Positions 50,782 to 62,680 of a stretch of DNA of 64,000 nucleotides are shown here, in pieces; position 1 is the first letter of the stretch, and each line of letters opens with the position of its first letter. A model generated the notes under the pieces. That model saw only the letters and a program-made list of their open reading frames with translations. It did no database searches and was not told the origin of the DNA. The position numbers and the translations under genes are program-made. Source of the DNA: Rhodosorus marinus CCMP1338 (Eukaryota > Plantae > Rhodophyta); the NCBI GenBank assembly GCA_029953675.1, contig JAMWBK010000002.1, positions 620,001 through 684,000 of the forward strand. The letters run 5' to 3'.

Positions 50782-51373
50782 ATGAAGAGTGAAGTATCAG
50801 CAGATCTGCGCAGGCCCAGCGAGAAAGTTGAGTGGGTACTGTACAAGCTTGATAAGGATGAAGTCGCCCCGAATTATTACACGATCGTGTCCCTTGTGTT
50901 TGGAATGATGGCGATTACGATGAAAGTAGGTCTTTCTTTCCTCTCTTGCTCATTGAGAATAGGATGAGAGACGGAATTTTCTTCCTAGAAGATCCGTAGG
51001 GACTGAAGATAGATGAGCTTTGACAATGTCGCTCTTGTTGTCTCTTTCTACCCGTTTCAGGTGAGGCTTCATGCGTGGTTGTGCTTACTCTTCTCCTTGG
51101 CTCAATTGACTACAACAAACTTTTCCGATATGGATTTCAAGCAAACTGTTGGATCCGTCATGTAAGTAATGAATTTGAATTTTTCGTTCCGGTGATTTTT
51201 AATCAGGATGGAGATTTCTGCACCAGCAAACTATCTCTTGAGAGTGGGATGAAAATCCTTATATACTTTGTGCGTTGCTTTTGTTGCACAGGCTTGCCGG
51301 AATGACGTTTTGGGCTGCCTTCGCACAGAAGAGTTCGATACCAAAGCCACCAGCTACGCCACCCATGCAATGA
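50782..51373 (+). CDS. WDR83OS: PAT complex subunit Asterix (UPF0139/WDR83OS), 3 exons
   Basis: DLRRP..YYTIVSLVFGMMAITMK|VRLHAWLCLLFSLAQLTT..DMDFKQTVGSV|..LAGMTF; small multi-TM protein. Confidence 0.75.
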
Positions 51374-51400
51374 GGACCGTGGAGGGCAAACTGCATTCGA

Positions 51401-52739
51401 TTAGTGCTTCTCCGTAAATTCTGAAGAAGGAAACGCACTCTCGAAGACTTGGCCGACAGTATCCAGGATATCAGTGGTGAGCATTGCTCTACCGTGCGCC
51501 TCAAAGGAAATCGCCGCGGCACACCTAGTTACTGCGCTCGCAAAGTAGGGTGCAATGTATCTGTACAAGCGTAGAGAGTTTTTGTGGTTGAGATCTAAAT
51601 GTACAATACATATTCTATGACCCAAGGACACATCGTTCAAGCACCTTAGAAAAGTCTAGAATCGGAAGAACTCACGCTTGATCCCACGATGCATTCGACA
51701 TCATTACCCACGCTGCATAGAGCGTAGTCAATCCCGAGAGAACGTCGCCCTGACCTCCACATCTTCTCGGGCTGCCCAGAGCTGGCATGTGCACATTGAT
51801 CAAGCCCCCCTTTGAAGCAACGACATCAGTTGGTCCCTTCAACAGAACCACGACATTTTCGCCGTAGAGCGTGCGCGTGGCCTCGACCGATTGATCGGAG
51901 TTTGCAGGAATCAGTCTGTTGTACTCCACTACGTTCGGAGTGATAATCACCGGACTGGTCGCTTCGTGAATCAGACCGGGTCCATCATCACGCAGTGCTA
52001 AGAACCAAAGTGCGTCGGCATCAAGGACAACTGGGATGTTCTCATTGCTCGCCATTTTCATGACTTCGGAGATGAACTGTCTAGCCTCTGAGCTCCTGCC
52101 CAAGCCTACTCATCGGAACCGCATGCAGGGTACTGTTGTCAAAGGTCTGTAGCGAAATATCTGTATGGGGAGGTGGAAACGGCACATACCGGGCCCGATC
52201 GCGATCGCGTGGCACCTTTTCAGAGTCGCCAGAGCAGAAGGAAGTCCCTCCATGTTGAGAAATGGGAGGACGATCAACTCAGGGCTGTAAGTTTTGATCG
52301 GTATAGCAGCGTCAGGATGGCAGATTAAGTAAGCAAGCTCTGCACCACTTCGAAGTGCGGCCGTGGCCGCATAATAAGGAGCACCAGTGTACTCAAGTGA
52401 TCCGCCTACAACTCCAATCCTTCCGTGCTGTCCTTTGTGATTGGAGTCCTGTGGACGGGCAAATGCTAAGATGAGAACAGCTCGTCATCCAAAGCGACGC
52501 GTTTTGCATGTCTGTCGATGTACTCTAGCCACTCGCCCCGTCCTGGAGGGGTCTCTTACCGAGAAGCGTGGTATGCACTCTGAGAAAACCTTGGCCTGAC
52601 TACCAGCATACTGATTCATCAGACGAGCGGCTGCGGCAATACTCTTCCTCGCATCGTCTCCCATCCTCAGCCGAGTTCTTCCGGTTATCACAGAAGGAGG
52701 TGCCAGGAACGAACTTAAACGAACTGAGTTTCGAAACAT
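51401..52739 (-). CDS. NAXD: ATP-dependent NAD(P)H-hydrate dehydratase (YjeF-C/CARKD), multi-exon
   Basis: HKGQHGRIGVVGGSLEYTGAPYYAA, AAIPIKTYSPELIV, IAIGPG|LGR, VVLDADAL, IITPNVVEY, GSPRRCGGQGDVLSG; Arg/Ser-rich presequence. Confidence 0.92.
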
Positions 52740-52879
52740 CCAAGCTCAGATCCCTACTTTCAGTGAACATACAAACGATCACCAAACCCAAAAGCAGAAC
52801 CTCTCCAACTGCCCCGTCTGGTTCGCTCATCCTCACTCAGCCGTCTTTAGATGCTCCTCGTCAACACCGATTAATAGCG

Positions 52880-53090
52880 CAAGATTGATTTTTATTTTTA
52901 TTTAGTTCACTTCTTATCAATAAATTAAGCACATACCTGTTTTTATTTTCATATAACCATTATATATATATTTATAATATTTATTTTGTTCATTATAATT
53001 TATATTTTAATAAATTTATAATAATCTAGGAATAAAGTATATATTTAAAATATAAATGTTGTTATTGGTATTGTGGCGATCTGTTGGATA
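52880..53090. promoter_or_regulatory. AT-rich intergenic tract between divergent NAXD and PUS1 starts (probable bidirectional promoter)
   Basis: Visibly almost all A/T against balanced-GC flanks; lies between head-to-head ATGs at 52739 (-) and 53216 (+). Confidence 0.45.
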
Positions 53091-53215
53091 GTATCCCATA
53101 ATGAAGGGTTTTGGTTTGGGTGCTCAGTCAAGGGTTTGGAGATGGAGTAAGGGCTCGATGCAGGACACCAGTGGAGCCGTTCTTTGCGAAATATTTACAG
53201 CTTTGACTTATTAGT

Positions 53216-56200
53216 ATGATGGAATTGACGAATACTGAAGACGATAAGGGAGAAATCCAGGCTCCAAAGCCCAAGAAACGACGTGTGGTTCTGTTCATGG
53301 GGTATTTGGGGTCTGGTTATCAGGGAATGCAGAGGAACCGAGGAGCGAAAACGATTGAAGGAGAACTTATGCGTGCACTTGTGAAGACTGCTTGTGTGCC
53401 GGAACATCTTCAAGATAACTACGCCAAGCTTAAGTGGTCGAGGTCTGCGAGAACCGATAAGGGTGTCTCTGCTGCCGGGCAGGTCGTGTCGGCCGATCTG
53501 AAATGTGAGGTTGATGGAGAGCTTTCCCAGGACTTGCTGGATCAGATCAATGAATCCTTGCCGAAAGACCTTACGGTAAGGGATATTTTGATATCCGTTT
53601 TCACCCAAAGACTGTGAAGATGAAAGCTCCCTGCCTCCTTGAGGCACGAAATTGAAGGAAGACACGTAAATTGTCCTGACTTTAACATAGGTGTACGGAT
53701 GGATGAGAGCAACTGGAAGCTTTAGTGCAAAATCAGATTGCGTGCGGCGAAGATATGAGTACTTACTCCCCACCAGCGGCCTCGGGGAGGACGAAGTGGA
53801 CAATGATAAGGTCGTGCATGACCGGCTCGCACGATTTAACGTTATCCTTGCGAGGTGCTATTCGTCATCTATGCTTTGTGGATTCTTTCCAAACGCACGT
53901 TCTTGTGTGCTCACCAGCTTCGAATCCTTCGGCACTCCTTCCGTGGAAACGCAGGTACTTAGGCTCGCACCTCTTTCACAACTTTACCGACAAGATGAAA
54001 GGAGATGACCCCACTGCACAGAGGTATATCCTGGAGTGTACCTGTTCTGAACCGTTTACGATAGAGAACAACAGCTTCCTTAAGGTGTCACTAGTAGGAC
54101 AGAGCTTTGTTCTTCATCAAATACGGAAGATGGTCGGCCTTGCTCTACAGGTTCGTTCGCCTGTGGCCAACCCATTCGCAAACACGTTAGCTTCAGTTAA
54201 GCGTACCAGAAGAGATCTGGACTGCCCCACTAACAGAGCACAGGTGTTTTGGTCAGGACTACCTCCAGAGACTCTCGATCTATTCATGTCACCGGAGAAG
54301 GAACTCCAGACTCCAACCGCGCCCGCACCGGGGCTGTTGTTGGCTGAATGCTTCTTCATTTTCTACAATCGTCGCTACCAGAAGGAGCTTCGAAAACCGA
54401 TCGCCCTGGATCACTTCCGAGAAGCAGCTGAGGACTTCAAGAGGAGTCGCATATACAGTTTCATTGCAAGCGAAGAGGCCAGGACAAGCTCTATGAAAAG
54501 GTTGGTAAAAGTTTCCCTTGATTCTGACGTAGGATGGTTTGTTAGTCACGCTTGACTCAACGGACCTACCTTTCCTGCAAAGCAGATGGATCAGCCTTCT
54601 GCCGGAAAGCATACCTCTGGATACTGGTACAATCATTGGAGACGTTGAAATGCTTTCAAACGCGAAACGAGAGGCCGAAGAGAGGCGAAAACGAAGACTG
54701 GAGTCACTTTATCCGGTCTTCGAGGATCTGGATTCAGTATTCCAGGTTCAAGACGTCGCCGAATTGGAGCAACGGAAGAACACGGTGAGTGGCCGTGCCT
54801 TAGATTTGTCCTGCTCTGAAGGACAAGAGGACCGTTCCGATTTAAACAGAAGCTCTCATGGCGATAACGTGCAGGTGCTACAGGTGAAACAGAGATTCGA
54901 TCGTGAGTTTGGGTACTCGCCCTCTTCAATTGTCCGGGTCCCCGGGTCGGTTATTCTGATTGGAGATTGGCTCGAGCTGCTCGAGCTCCCGTGCATTGGC
55001 TTTGCGCTTCCTGGTAAGATCTCGGACCTATACTCCGAATACCTGAGGTTTAATATACACTTGTTGACACGGATGGTCGTTTCCCGCGTGTCAAAGATGG
55101 AGTTCTCACGGCCGTGGCAAAGAGCTCAGATTCTGAGAACGTCCGCGTCAATCATTCCAATGAGGAGCTTGCTGATGCTGTGTTACGACCTAATGGTTGC
55201 AGAATGGCGTCCGCGGAGGATTCGACGAAGGTGGAGTGGAGCAGGTACGCCGGCAGCATAAATCCTTTGGTTGAAGTAAGCTTCGGCGGCTGAGCTCATC
55301 TGGAGCTTGTTCGAGTAGAATGTTTTCCTTAGGATGGCAATGCGGAGTTACAGGAAAGGGAATGCGTCCGAAAATGCTCCCGGCCGCGCGAGTTATGATC
55401 GGAGGCGAGCTCGGTGCACGCGACAACGAGCTTGGCGTAGATTCCGCATACCTTTTGGCCGCGTTGTTGACGTTCATGGACTTGCACGCGTGGAAGATGC
55501 CAAGGCTGGAGATGGCCAAGATGTGTTTCGGTTGGGAAAAGCAAGGCCGTGGATCTGCAACTGGTAAAGTGACGGATCCAAATGGCCCCTGCCAAGAAGA
55601 GCTTCAATCTGCATAGCGTTGCTCGTTACGGCTCAAGAATCTGTTCCCGTTGTTTCGCATTTGCTCCGAGTGCGGTCCTTAATAGCAAACAAGGCACCCT
55701 TGACTTGCTGAACAGTTTTTGCTTGGCCCGGTCACTCCCCGTGGAAGACCAAGCCGAAGCCAATATGTTAATCTGCTGTTCAACTCTTTGTCTTATCCAC
55801 TGCTACCCGCTATAGGTCTGATGAAGTACCTGTGTAGTCTGGAAGGGAAGCACAACCAGTTGCTACTAGCGAGCATCGCCCCAAAGCTGTCCACATCGAA
55901 CGTAACGCTACCGAGCATGATCTCGTTGGTGATGATCCGGCTCGGAAGTCTATCCCATGCTGAAGTGGAACGGAGGAAGAAGACCAGAGATAGGGTCAAG
56001 GCTGAAATAAGCGTTACGTTACGCATCATAACAGCCCGTTCTGGACGAGGCGAAGGACCTCAAAAGTCTCTCGCGCAACTGATCCAGTACAAACCGTCGG
56101 GGACGCTTGAAGCATGCGGCATAGTTCCGGATGAAGTGGTGAGAGAGCATCGGCTGCTGTCAACCCGAACCAGATACAAACCTCTGAACGAGCGCTGGGA

Positions 56201-56850
56201 TATGCCGACAGGTATCGCTTGACGCAGCGATGGTGGAGCTTGGAATTGAACTTGAAGCAATGGAGAGGCAGGAACCGGGGATCAACGATCTGCAAGAAAT
56301 TAGGCTTGGCTTAGTCACCATCAGTGCCGCCATGGAAGCGCAATGTATTGGTAGGGTGTACAGCATTTTAGAAAAAAGTGAAGACCTCTCGGGACTGGAG
56401 TTGATGGAGATTGGAAAGCTGTTGAATGACAGCGAAACCATTAGGAGTAAACTGGAATCAACGAGTGACGAGGTAATGATCCCGAACCAAACAGATTGGA
56501 AAACTGGAATGCTCCTTGCGCAACCATGCCTTTCGAGTTCTCTGTCTGAGACTGGAAGAGTAAACATCCTGTGTATCTGACAAAACCAGGCTACGCAAGT
56601 TGTACAAATGTGTATAGAGAAGGGAGCTTTGAGCGCTCGCTTGAGCAGTGTTTTCGTTGACGTCAATACAAGCTACGTTCTATGTACAGTGAAATCAGAA
56701 TCTGTTGCCGCATTTTGTCGAAGCTTGGAGGACGAGAGCGCGTCAATCATGGACGGCCTATCGATCGCGCCCGTAGTCCCAGGCATGGGGGCTTCTGTCT
56801 GGGAGTTCATGAAGAAGCCTGTGCCGAAACATAAGAGGAAGAAACAATAG
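53216..56850 (+). CDS. PUS1: Pus1/TruA-family tRNA pseudouridine synthase apparently fused to a degenerate galactokinase (GHMP) domain, multi-exon
   Basis: Pus1: GYLGSGYQGMQ, SARTDKGVSAAGQV, YLGSHLFHNFT, GQSFVLHQIRKMVG, APAPGLLL. An in-frame intron 54501-54585 joins it to galactokinase-like exons (FDREFGYSP..RVPGSVILIG, WSRY, GLMKYLCSLEG, IGKLLNDSE, GALSARL, PGMGA). Confidence 0.75.
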
Positions 56851-56935
56851 TCGAGGCGGTTTTTAAGCGATTGTTTATGTGTTACAAGAAAAGTACTAAT
56901 TTACACATGCCCAGTAGAAACGCTGAAGTTGAGAA

Positions 56936-58271
56936 TCAGAAAACTTTACGCTTCTTCGCAATGGAACCAGGCACCGGCTCGTTGCGTCCGAAGGGCAACA
57001 TGGCCGTGAAACCGAGGAGAAGCAGAAGGGCGAGGGTCCACAATGCCCGAGCAACGACCGGAATCGATTTGAGGCCGTTGGCTGGAAAAGTGTCGGATGA
57101 AAGCTTCCACGACAGGGCCAATTCCATGAGAACGCTGTACAACAGGACGGCTCCTTGACTTCCAATTCTGAAGTGTCCGCTCACAGAGAGAGTTGCGTAT
57201 ATCTCCGGGACTCCGACTAGGCAGGGAAGTCCGACGAGCAGAAGATTGCACAGGACAAGCGGCGATTCAGCCGGTATGAAAAGTGCGGCTTTGAGAAGAA
57301 AATTGATCAGATCTACAAGGGGGCCGATTCCGACCACAAAGCACACAGTTAGGAAGTGCTCTCTACTCGTCAAGAAGCTTGGGACGCGGGATTCCTGCAA
57401 CATTAGGACAAACAGTTGCTCAGCTTGAGATACAAATGACACACAAGGAAATGCAATGCTATCACGTCCCCTGGACTCGATTGATGGCGATCACCTCATG
57501 TGGCGGTCTTGCCCTCTCGTGGGTCAGTGTAAACCAATTGAACGGTTCCGCAAACCTGTTTATGAGGAACAGGCCGATCTCCATGCCAACAAAGTTACAT
57601 AACAGTACGTCGAGAACCCACCTATCCCACCAACATTCATTGAAGTTGGGCAGGACAGACTTGACCGACTCCTCAATCAGCTCAAACGTGATGCTCTGAA
57701 TCCAGAGGACGCTCCGGTTGCGCATGATCAGCGCCTTGAAACACCATCCGAGCAGATGGGCGAGAAAAAATACATCATTCACAATGTCTCTAACGTTACC
57801 GAATGTGAGAGCACAGTTCTCGCCATAGCCCTTCTCATGAGGAGCTGGGGAAATTCCAACACTTGGATCCACAAAGTTCTGCGCTGGGAACAAAACAGAA
57901 CGGGCCAATCTCGATTGTCAGGAACGCGGCTCTCAAACCCCTCCGGCTTCAGTGAGGCATCCTACCAATACCATCCTCGCCTGTTTAGGAGGTAGCCAGA
58001 ACATGCAAGTGAGGAGCATTGAATACAAAATCGAGGCTGCCATGACAACCCTCCACAATGCTGGATGTGGCCAGCAGAAGAAATCTTCTCGAACAAGGAG
58101 CAACCAAATGCTGATAAACACCACGCTCGCCATGAACAGGCTACAAACAACAGGTGACCCACTCCAATCTCCAAAATACCACACCAACGAGCTCAGGACG
58201 GCTCCTGTAATCACAGAAGCCGCCCACGATGAATCTCTAAGACCCATTCCTCCAGTCACCGATCCCATCAT
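56936..58271 (-). CDS. PSS: Phosphatidylserine synthase (base-exchange, PSS family), multi-exon
   Basis: FCWPHPALWRVV, GYGENC, DVFFLAHLLGWCFKALIMRN, SITFELIE, LPNFNECWWDRWVLDVLLCNFVG, INFLLKAALFIP. Confidence 0.92.
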
Positions 58272-59348
58272 CCGAGATTTCTCATCTTATGATACGTCCT
58301 TCTCAATCCTTGAACAAGAACCTCAACAACCTACATATCTTCCAATCGACAATCTGAGCTCACGCCAAGTCTACTCAGCGCAAAGCTCTCCTCCAGACCC
58401 AAACTGTCTTCGTAATGACCTTTTCAAAACGGCACCCCGCCCTGATCAACCCTGACGGACTCAGGCGCTGCAAGACACTCTAGAAGCCTCAAGGATCGAC
58501 AAACGAAGGAATGGGAAAGGTTGTGACGAATTGGTAGTATCATGGAAACTAGAAAGCATCCGGTTTTGTTGGACTGCAGCTTCGTGTAGGTGGGGTTTAG
58601 GCTCGTGGCCGATTACCCATTTACTCATTCTGCAGAGCCCTGTTGAGGATTACTTAGTTGCTTGAGTGTAGCACCAGTCCTACCTAGGTGAGCGGCAAGC
58701 AGGTCATTGGCAGTACTAGCAGGTGAACAAAGAGTGGTCGTTTGAATAACTTGGCTGCGAGTGGCTGAGGACGAGTGCCCTGCTTGCGCGTACAGAAATT
58801 AAAGCTTTCTTGAAGTGCAGTCTGTGTGAGATCACAAATCCAGATTCGTGATAACCCCCTCAGAAGTGATGTGACGGCTTCGTGGACTCTGGACCATGTT
58901 GATGTCAAGGTTGTGTACGAGAATTGTGCTGGACGGATCCTATGTTCCATACTCCAGCAGCCTCATCATCGTTGCCTTCGCCCTTCGGCCTCGTTCGTTG
59001 GACTCATCTCCTCATACCCACTGGTCATTGGCGAGCCCGCTCGTCCAACAGAGCTTAAAAACGACACATTGGGACGTCGGCTCGTGGATCCCCGAGCTTC
59101 GGACGAGCACTCTATACCGCTTCACTGGCGGACGCATCTTCAAGTACGCAAGCTGCGGATTCTTCGGACGCGACAATGCCCCAGGATTCTGTGAGCGCGG
59201 ACGGCTGGCGTGGCCTCAACCAAGTTTGGACGTAAGTATCAGCGTGCGAATCTCTGGTTAGTTCTTCAGCACGATGCTACGCTGCCATGTACAAGAAGCT
59301 TGACACTTTAATACATTGCACATCTTTAAACACATGCTTCCTGTGAAG

Positions 59349-60206
59349 CTAGAACCTGGTTGTCCCAGAAAAGCTAGGAGTGACTGGACTCAGTATTTCA
59401 CCCTCCTTGTGACTGTTCCTATAGGACTTTTGACAAACTGGGCAATGGCCCATGAGTTTGATGACATGCAGAATATTAGTATGCATGTCGCAGTTGCGAT
59501 GGAAGAAGTGGCCATGACAGTCACGAAGACGCATAGCTGGTTTCTCATGGTCAAACTCATCCAAACACAATATACAAGCGTCGGCGAGAGTAGCGTCCGC
59601 AGACACCAACAGGTTGTCCTCATCGTCAGAAAAAGACAGGGAAGTATCTGGAGTGGATACTGTAACCTCTTCCTGCTGCACATCTAGGACCTCTTCGAGA
59701 ATGCCGACTTCGAACGGGCTTGGTCCATACATTTCAGAAAAGTCTACCCTCAGCACGGGTCTTATTGTCCCCACTGAAAGATTCTTCTGGAAGAACAGAC
59801 CCTCGCAGAAGTTAACCTCGTATCTCCAGCGACCAATGGTCAAGACAGCAGAAGTCTCTCCATCAGAGAGTGCCTTCTCAAGCTTCTCCCGTTCCTCCTC
59901 ACTGTACCGCACCCACGTCACCCCATCATCCCAGAACCACTCCGGAACCTGAGTAACAGCCCTCCGAACCCGGCTCTCTCGGCCACCGTCGTTAACAGAG
60001 CTATCCTTCAGATCCTCAACGTCAATTCTCCTCGTCTTTCCAAGTGCCGAGTACTCAATTACAGTCTTCCACCCAGGACCACTAGTGCCATACGCCAACT
60101 CCAGCTCTGCATTCAGAATCGGACCATACGGCCTCCACAGACGGTTCCCGTCCGAGTCCTCCCGCTCCCAAATTACAACACCCGCTGTGAGAGACTCCAT
60201 CTCCAT
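59349..60206 (-). CDS. WWE-WWE-RING-H2 (Deltex-like) E3 ubiquitin ligase; further 3' exons probable to about 58900
   Basis: VIWEREDSDGNRLWRPYGPILNAELELAY (WWE1), WFWDDGVTWVRYSEEEREKLEKA..YEVNF..QKNLSVGTIRPVLR (WWE2), CILC..CHGHFFHRNC..CPVC (RING-H2); donor site after HKEG. Confidence 0.8.
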   Translation of the reverse strand: MEMESLTAGVVIWEREDSDGNRLWRPYGPILNAELELAYGTSGPGWKTVIEYSALGKTRRIDVEDLKDSSVNDGGRESRVRRAVTQVPEWFWDDGVTWVRYSEEEREKLEKALSDGETSAVLTIGRWRYEVNFCEGLFFQKNLSVGTIRPVLRVDFSEMYGPSPFEVGILEEVLDVQQEEVTVSTPDTSLSFSDDEDNLLVSADATLADACILCLDEFDHEKPAMRLRDCHGHFFHRNCDMHTNILHVIKLMGHCPVCQKSYRNSHKEGEILSPVTPSFSGTTRF

Positions 60207-62680
60207 ACCATACAAAGCTCTCAGTTCATTTCATCCCTGCACCCCAGCAACTCGGGCGCCTCACAAACCTCCCCCACAGCAACGCAAAACGATCCGGGCA
60301 CAAGCCTACTCTTCTGAAGTCTTCGCTACCAGAGCTACGCACTAAACGTCTACACCCGTTTTAGAAGCTTCCCTCTTATACCCAGTCCAGTACCCGTCCT
60401 GACCTCCTTACCTCCCCTCCCTCCCCCCCCCTTCTAGCAGGGAGAAGAAAAAAAAGAAGAGCTGTTCGGATCTCACCAGACATTCCCAAGTTGCAAACGA
60501 GAATCCCCCCCCTCCACTCATAGCTTCAATTTCATTATATTATATGAACGAAATAGTTTGAAATAAATACAACCCCAGGATGTGTTTCATGAAGCAGGGA
60601 GAACAATGGTCACGAAATTTGCAAAAATGGATTCGGTCTTTCAGGATACAAGCATATTCTAGGGCCCAAAAATATTTTGACTATACGAGTATTGCGGGGA
60701 GATATCATGCACGCCATGCAAACAAAACAGACCACATTCAATGGGACCCCTCAACCCACCCCCTCACTGTCTCTCCCCACCCGACACCGGGGGGGGGGAG
60801 GGATATTTAAATTGGTCCGTGTGGTAAACGTCGTGTGGAGCAATCATGCCTCGAAAAGCCTCATTTTTCGTATGAAATTGATTTAAATGGAATGCTTCCA
60901 CGGGGTGATGAAACTCTCGGCGGGTAAAATGTGAAGGGGCATCAATTTAGGTTTTTTTCGTTGAATCTTTGAAGATTGTAGGAAGGGGTGGGCTGGAACC
61001 CTCTGCCAATGGCTAACAGTTCTCCTACCCCTGTTAAGAGGTGGGAACAGGTAAGTAATAATATAATAAAGACGACATAAAGTTCTTATACTTTATCTTG
61101 TTTTTGGCCGTTATGGAATAACTAATTCGTTTATTTATGTCCTTTAGTTTATATATTATTGTCATCTGAAGTTTGGGCAGCTGACTACCCCTCCCTCAAG
61201 TTGACTCAACCCGCACTCTATTGATATCCTTCGGTAACTAGTTGTTTAGCGTATGGGGTGGTTGAGATGATGAATCTCATCCTAAGCAAATGATCCGTCC
61301 TTGCAAATTGTGACCCAACACGACAAATACCAATATTACGATACAAAATGTGAGTAAAGAGCCCTGAAAAGTAGTTTTATTCTATGAAAGTGAAATGATG
61401 GATGTATATAGAGATAAAAAGAGTATACAATATCGATAAACGTGTCAATGTTGGAAGTGAGTTAGTTTTCGTGGTTGATGTTCGTTGTCTTGAATTATGT
61501 CCATTTTTATATGAAAATCGATGGATTCTGGTAGATATAGTTTATTTAAGGAAAATGTTGGCTGGGGTGCCCATCTGAGATGTGATAGTTGGGGCCCTGG
61601 ATGGGGGCTTGCCTGGCGGGGTTTGATACCGGGTTCTGACTGAGAAAATTTGGATGGAATCGGAGAAACCCATTGACCTGAATACCATCATACTGGTTCT
61701 TCACGCGACTCCCAGGGTCAACGCTTTCCTTCTCGATGGCCTACAATTTTCAAGAAGAGGACTGAGGAGCTGTTCGAACTGAATTGGGTTCGTTTAAGGA
61801 ACTGGATCGCTGCGATGCGGGGCTAACGACCATGTATCTCCAGCTTAGGGCAACAACAGAGATCTCGTTCAGACTGCCCACAGAGGCGACCATTTTGCTG
61901 AACGTCCGTCAACAGCCTGTTAATTCATACTTGAACAGTGATGGAGACTACTACAGCCAGAGCCAGAACGCCATCCACTGCGGGAATCCAATTTCAGCAC
62001 GAGGAAGCAGCCCTATCCTGGCCCGTGTACAGGAACTGGGTTGCCGAAACTCACCCAGAAAAGTGGTCAGTAGTAGCGCATCCCTTTGGTAATCGTAGGC
62101 TAGGGACGCAGGCATCTAGAACGGTCCCCCGAAGTTAACCTGCCCTGACTCTTAACCGGTCACGAACCACCGTTTTCAATATCTCCTTGACAGACTGTCC
62201 ACCCAAAATATTTGCATATTCATCCCCAAATAGCAGATTTCACGAAAATCCTGATGTTAGATATAGAAGGGGGGTAGTGCTGGATGCGTGTGATTCTAAA
62301 TATGGTGAATTAATAATTGAAAAGTTATTACTATACCCCACTGCGTCATATTTGTTGAGGGGAACATGGGCAGTAAATTCACAGCGCTGGATTGTGCAAC
62401 GATATGGAGGGGATCGTTTCGAGGTGTCAGCGGGGACGTTCGGGGCCTAGTCTTCGGGCTTGATCTGAGCGTCTTGTTGACTTCGAGCGAGGGTTTTGAT
62501 GTCAAAGTTTTTGTGAACAAGAGGTACTGAGGAGGTGTACTTGTTTTCAAACGGAAATTTTCATCTGGCTTTGCAATCGGAAACGTTTTCCAAGACTGTG
62601 TGGAGCGGTTGGACGAGCCTTGGCTTGTTTTTTTTTTGGTACGCTCTTCGCGCTCTTTGCTGAATCATTCGCGATCTGGA

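Noticed and set aside
743-54555. Functional cluster of translation and RNA-processing genes
   Set aside because: Such genes are common in compact algal genomes; no shared regulatory motif or co-orientation was established
24551-60206. An NAD/ADP-ribose gene cluster (Macro-TIR-kinase, NAXD, WWE-RING)
   Set aside because: The genes are 8-25 kb apart and separated by unrelated housekeeping genes, so co-location is probably chance
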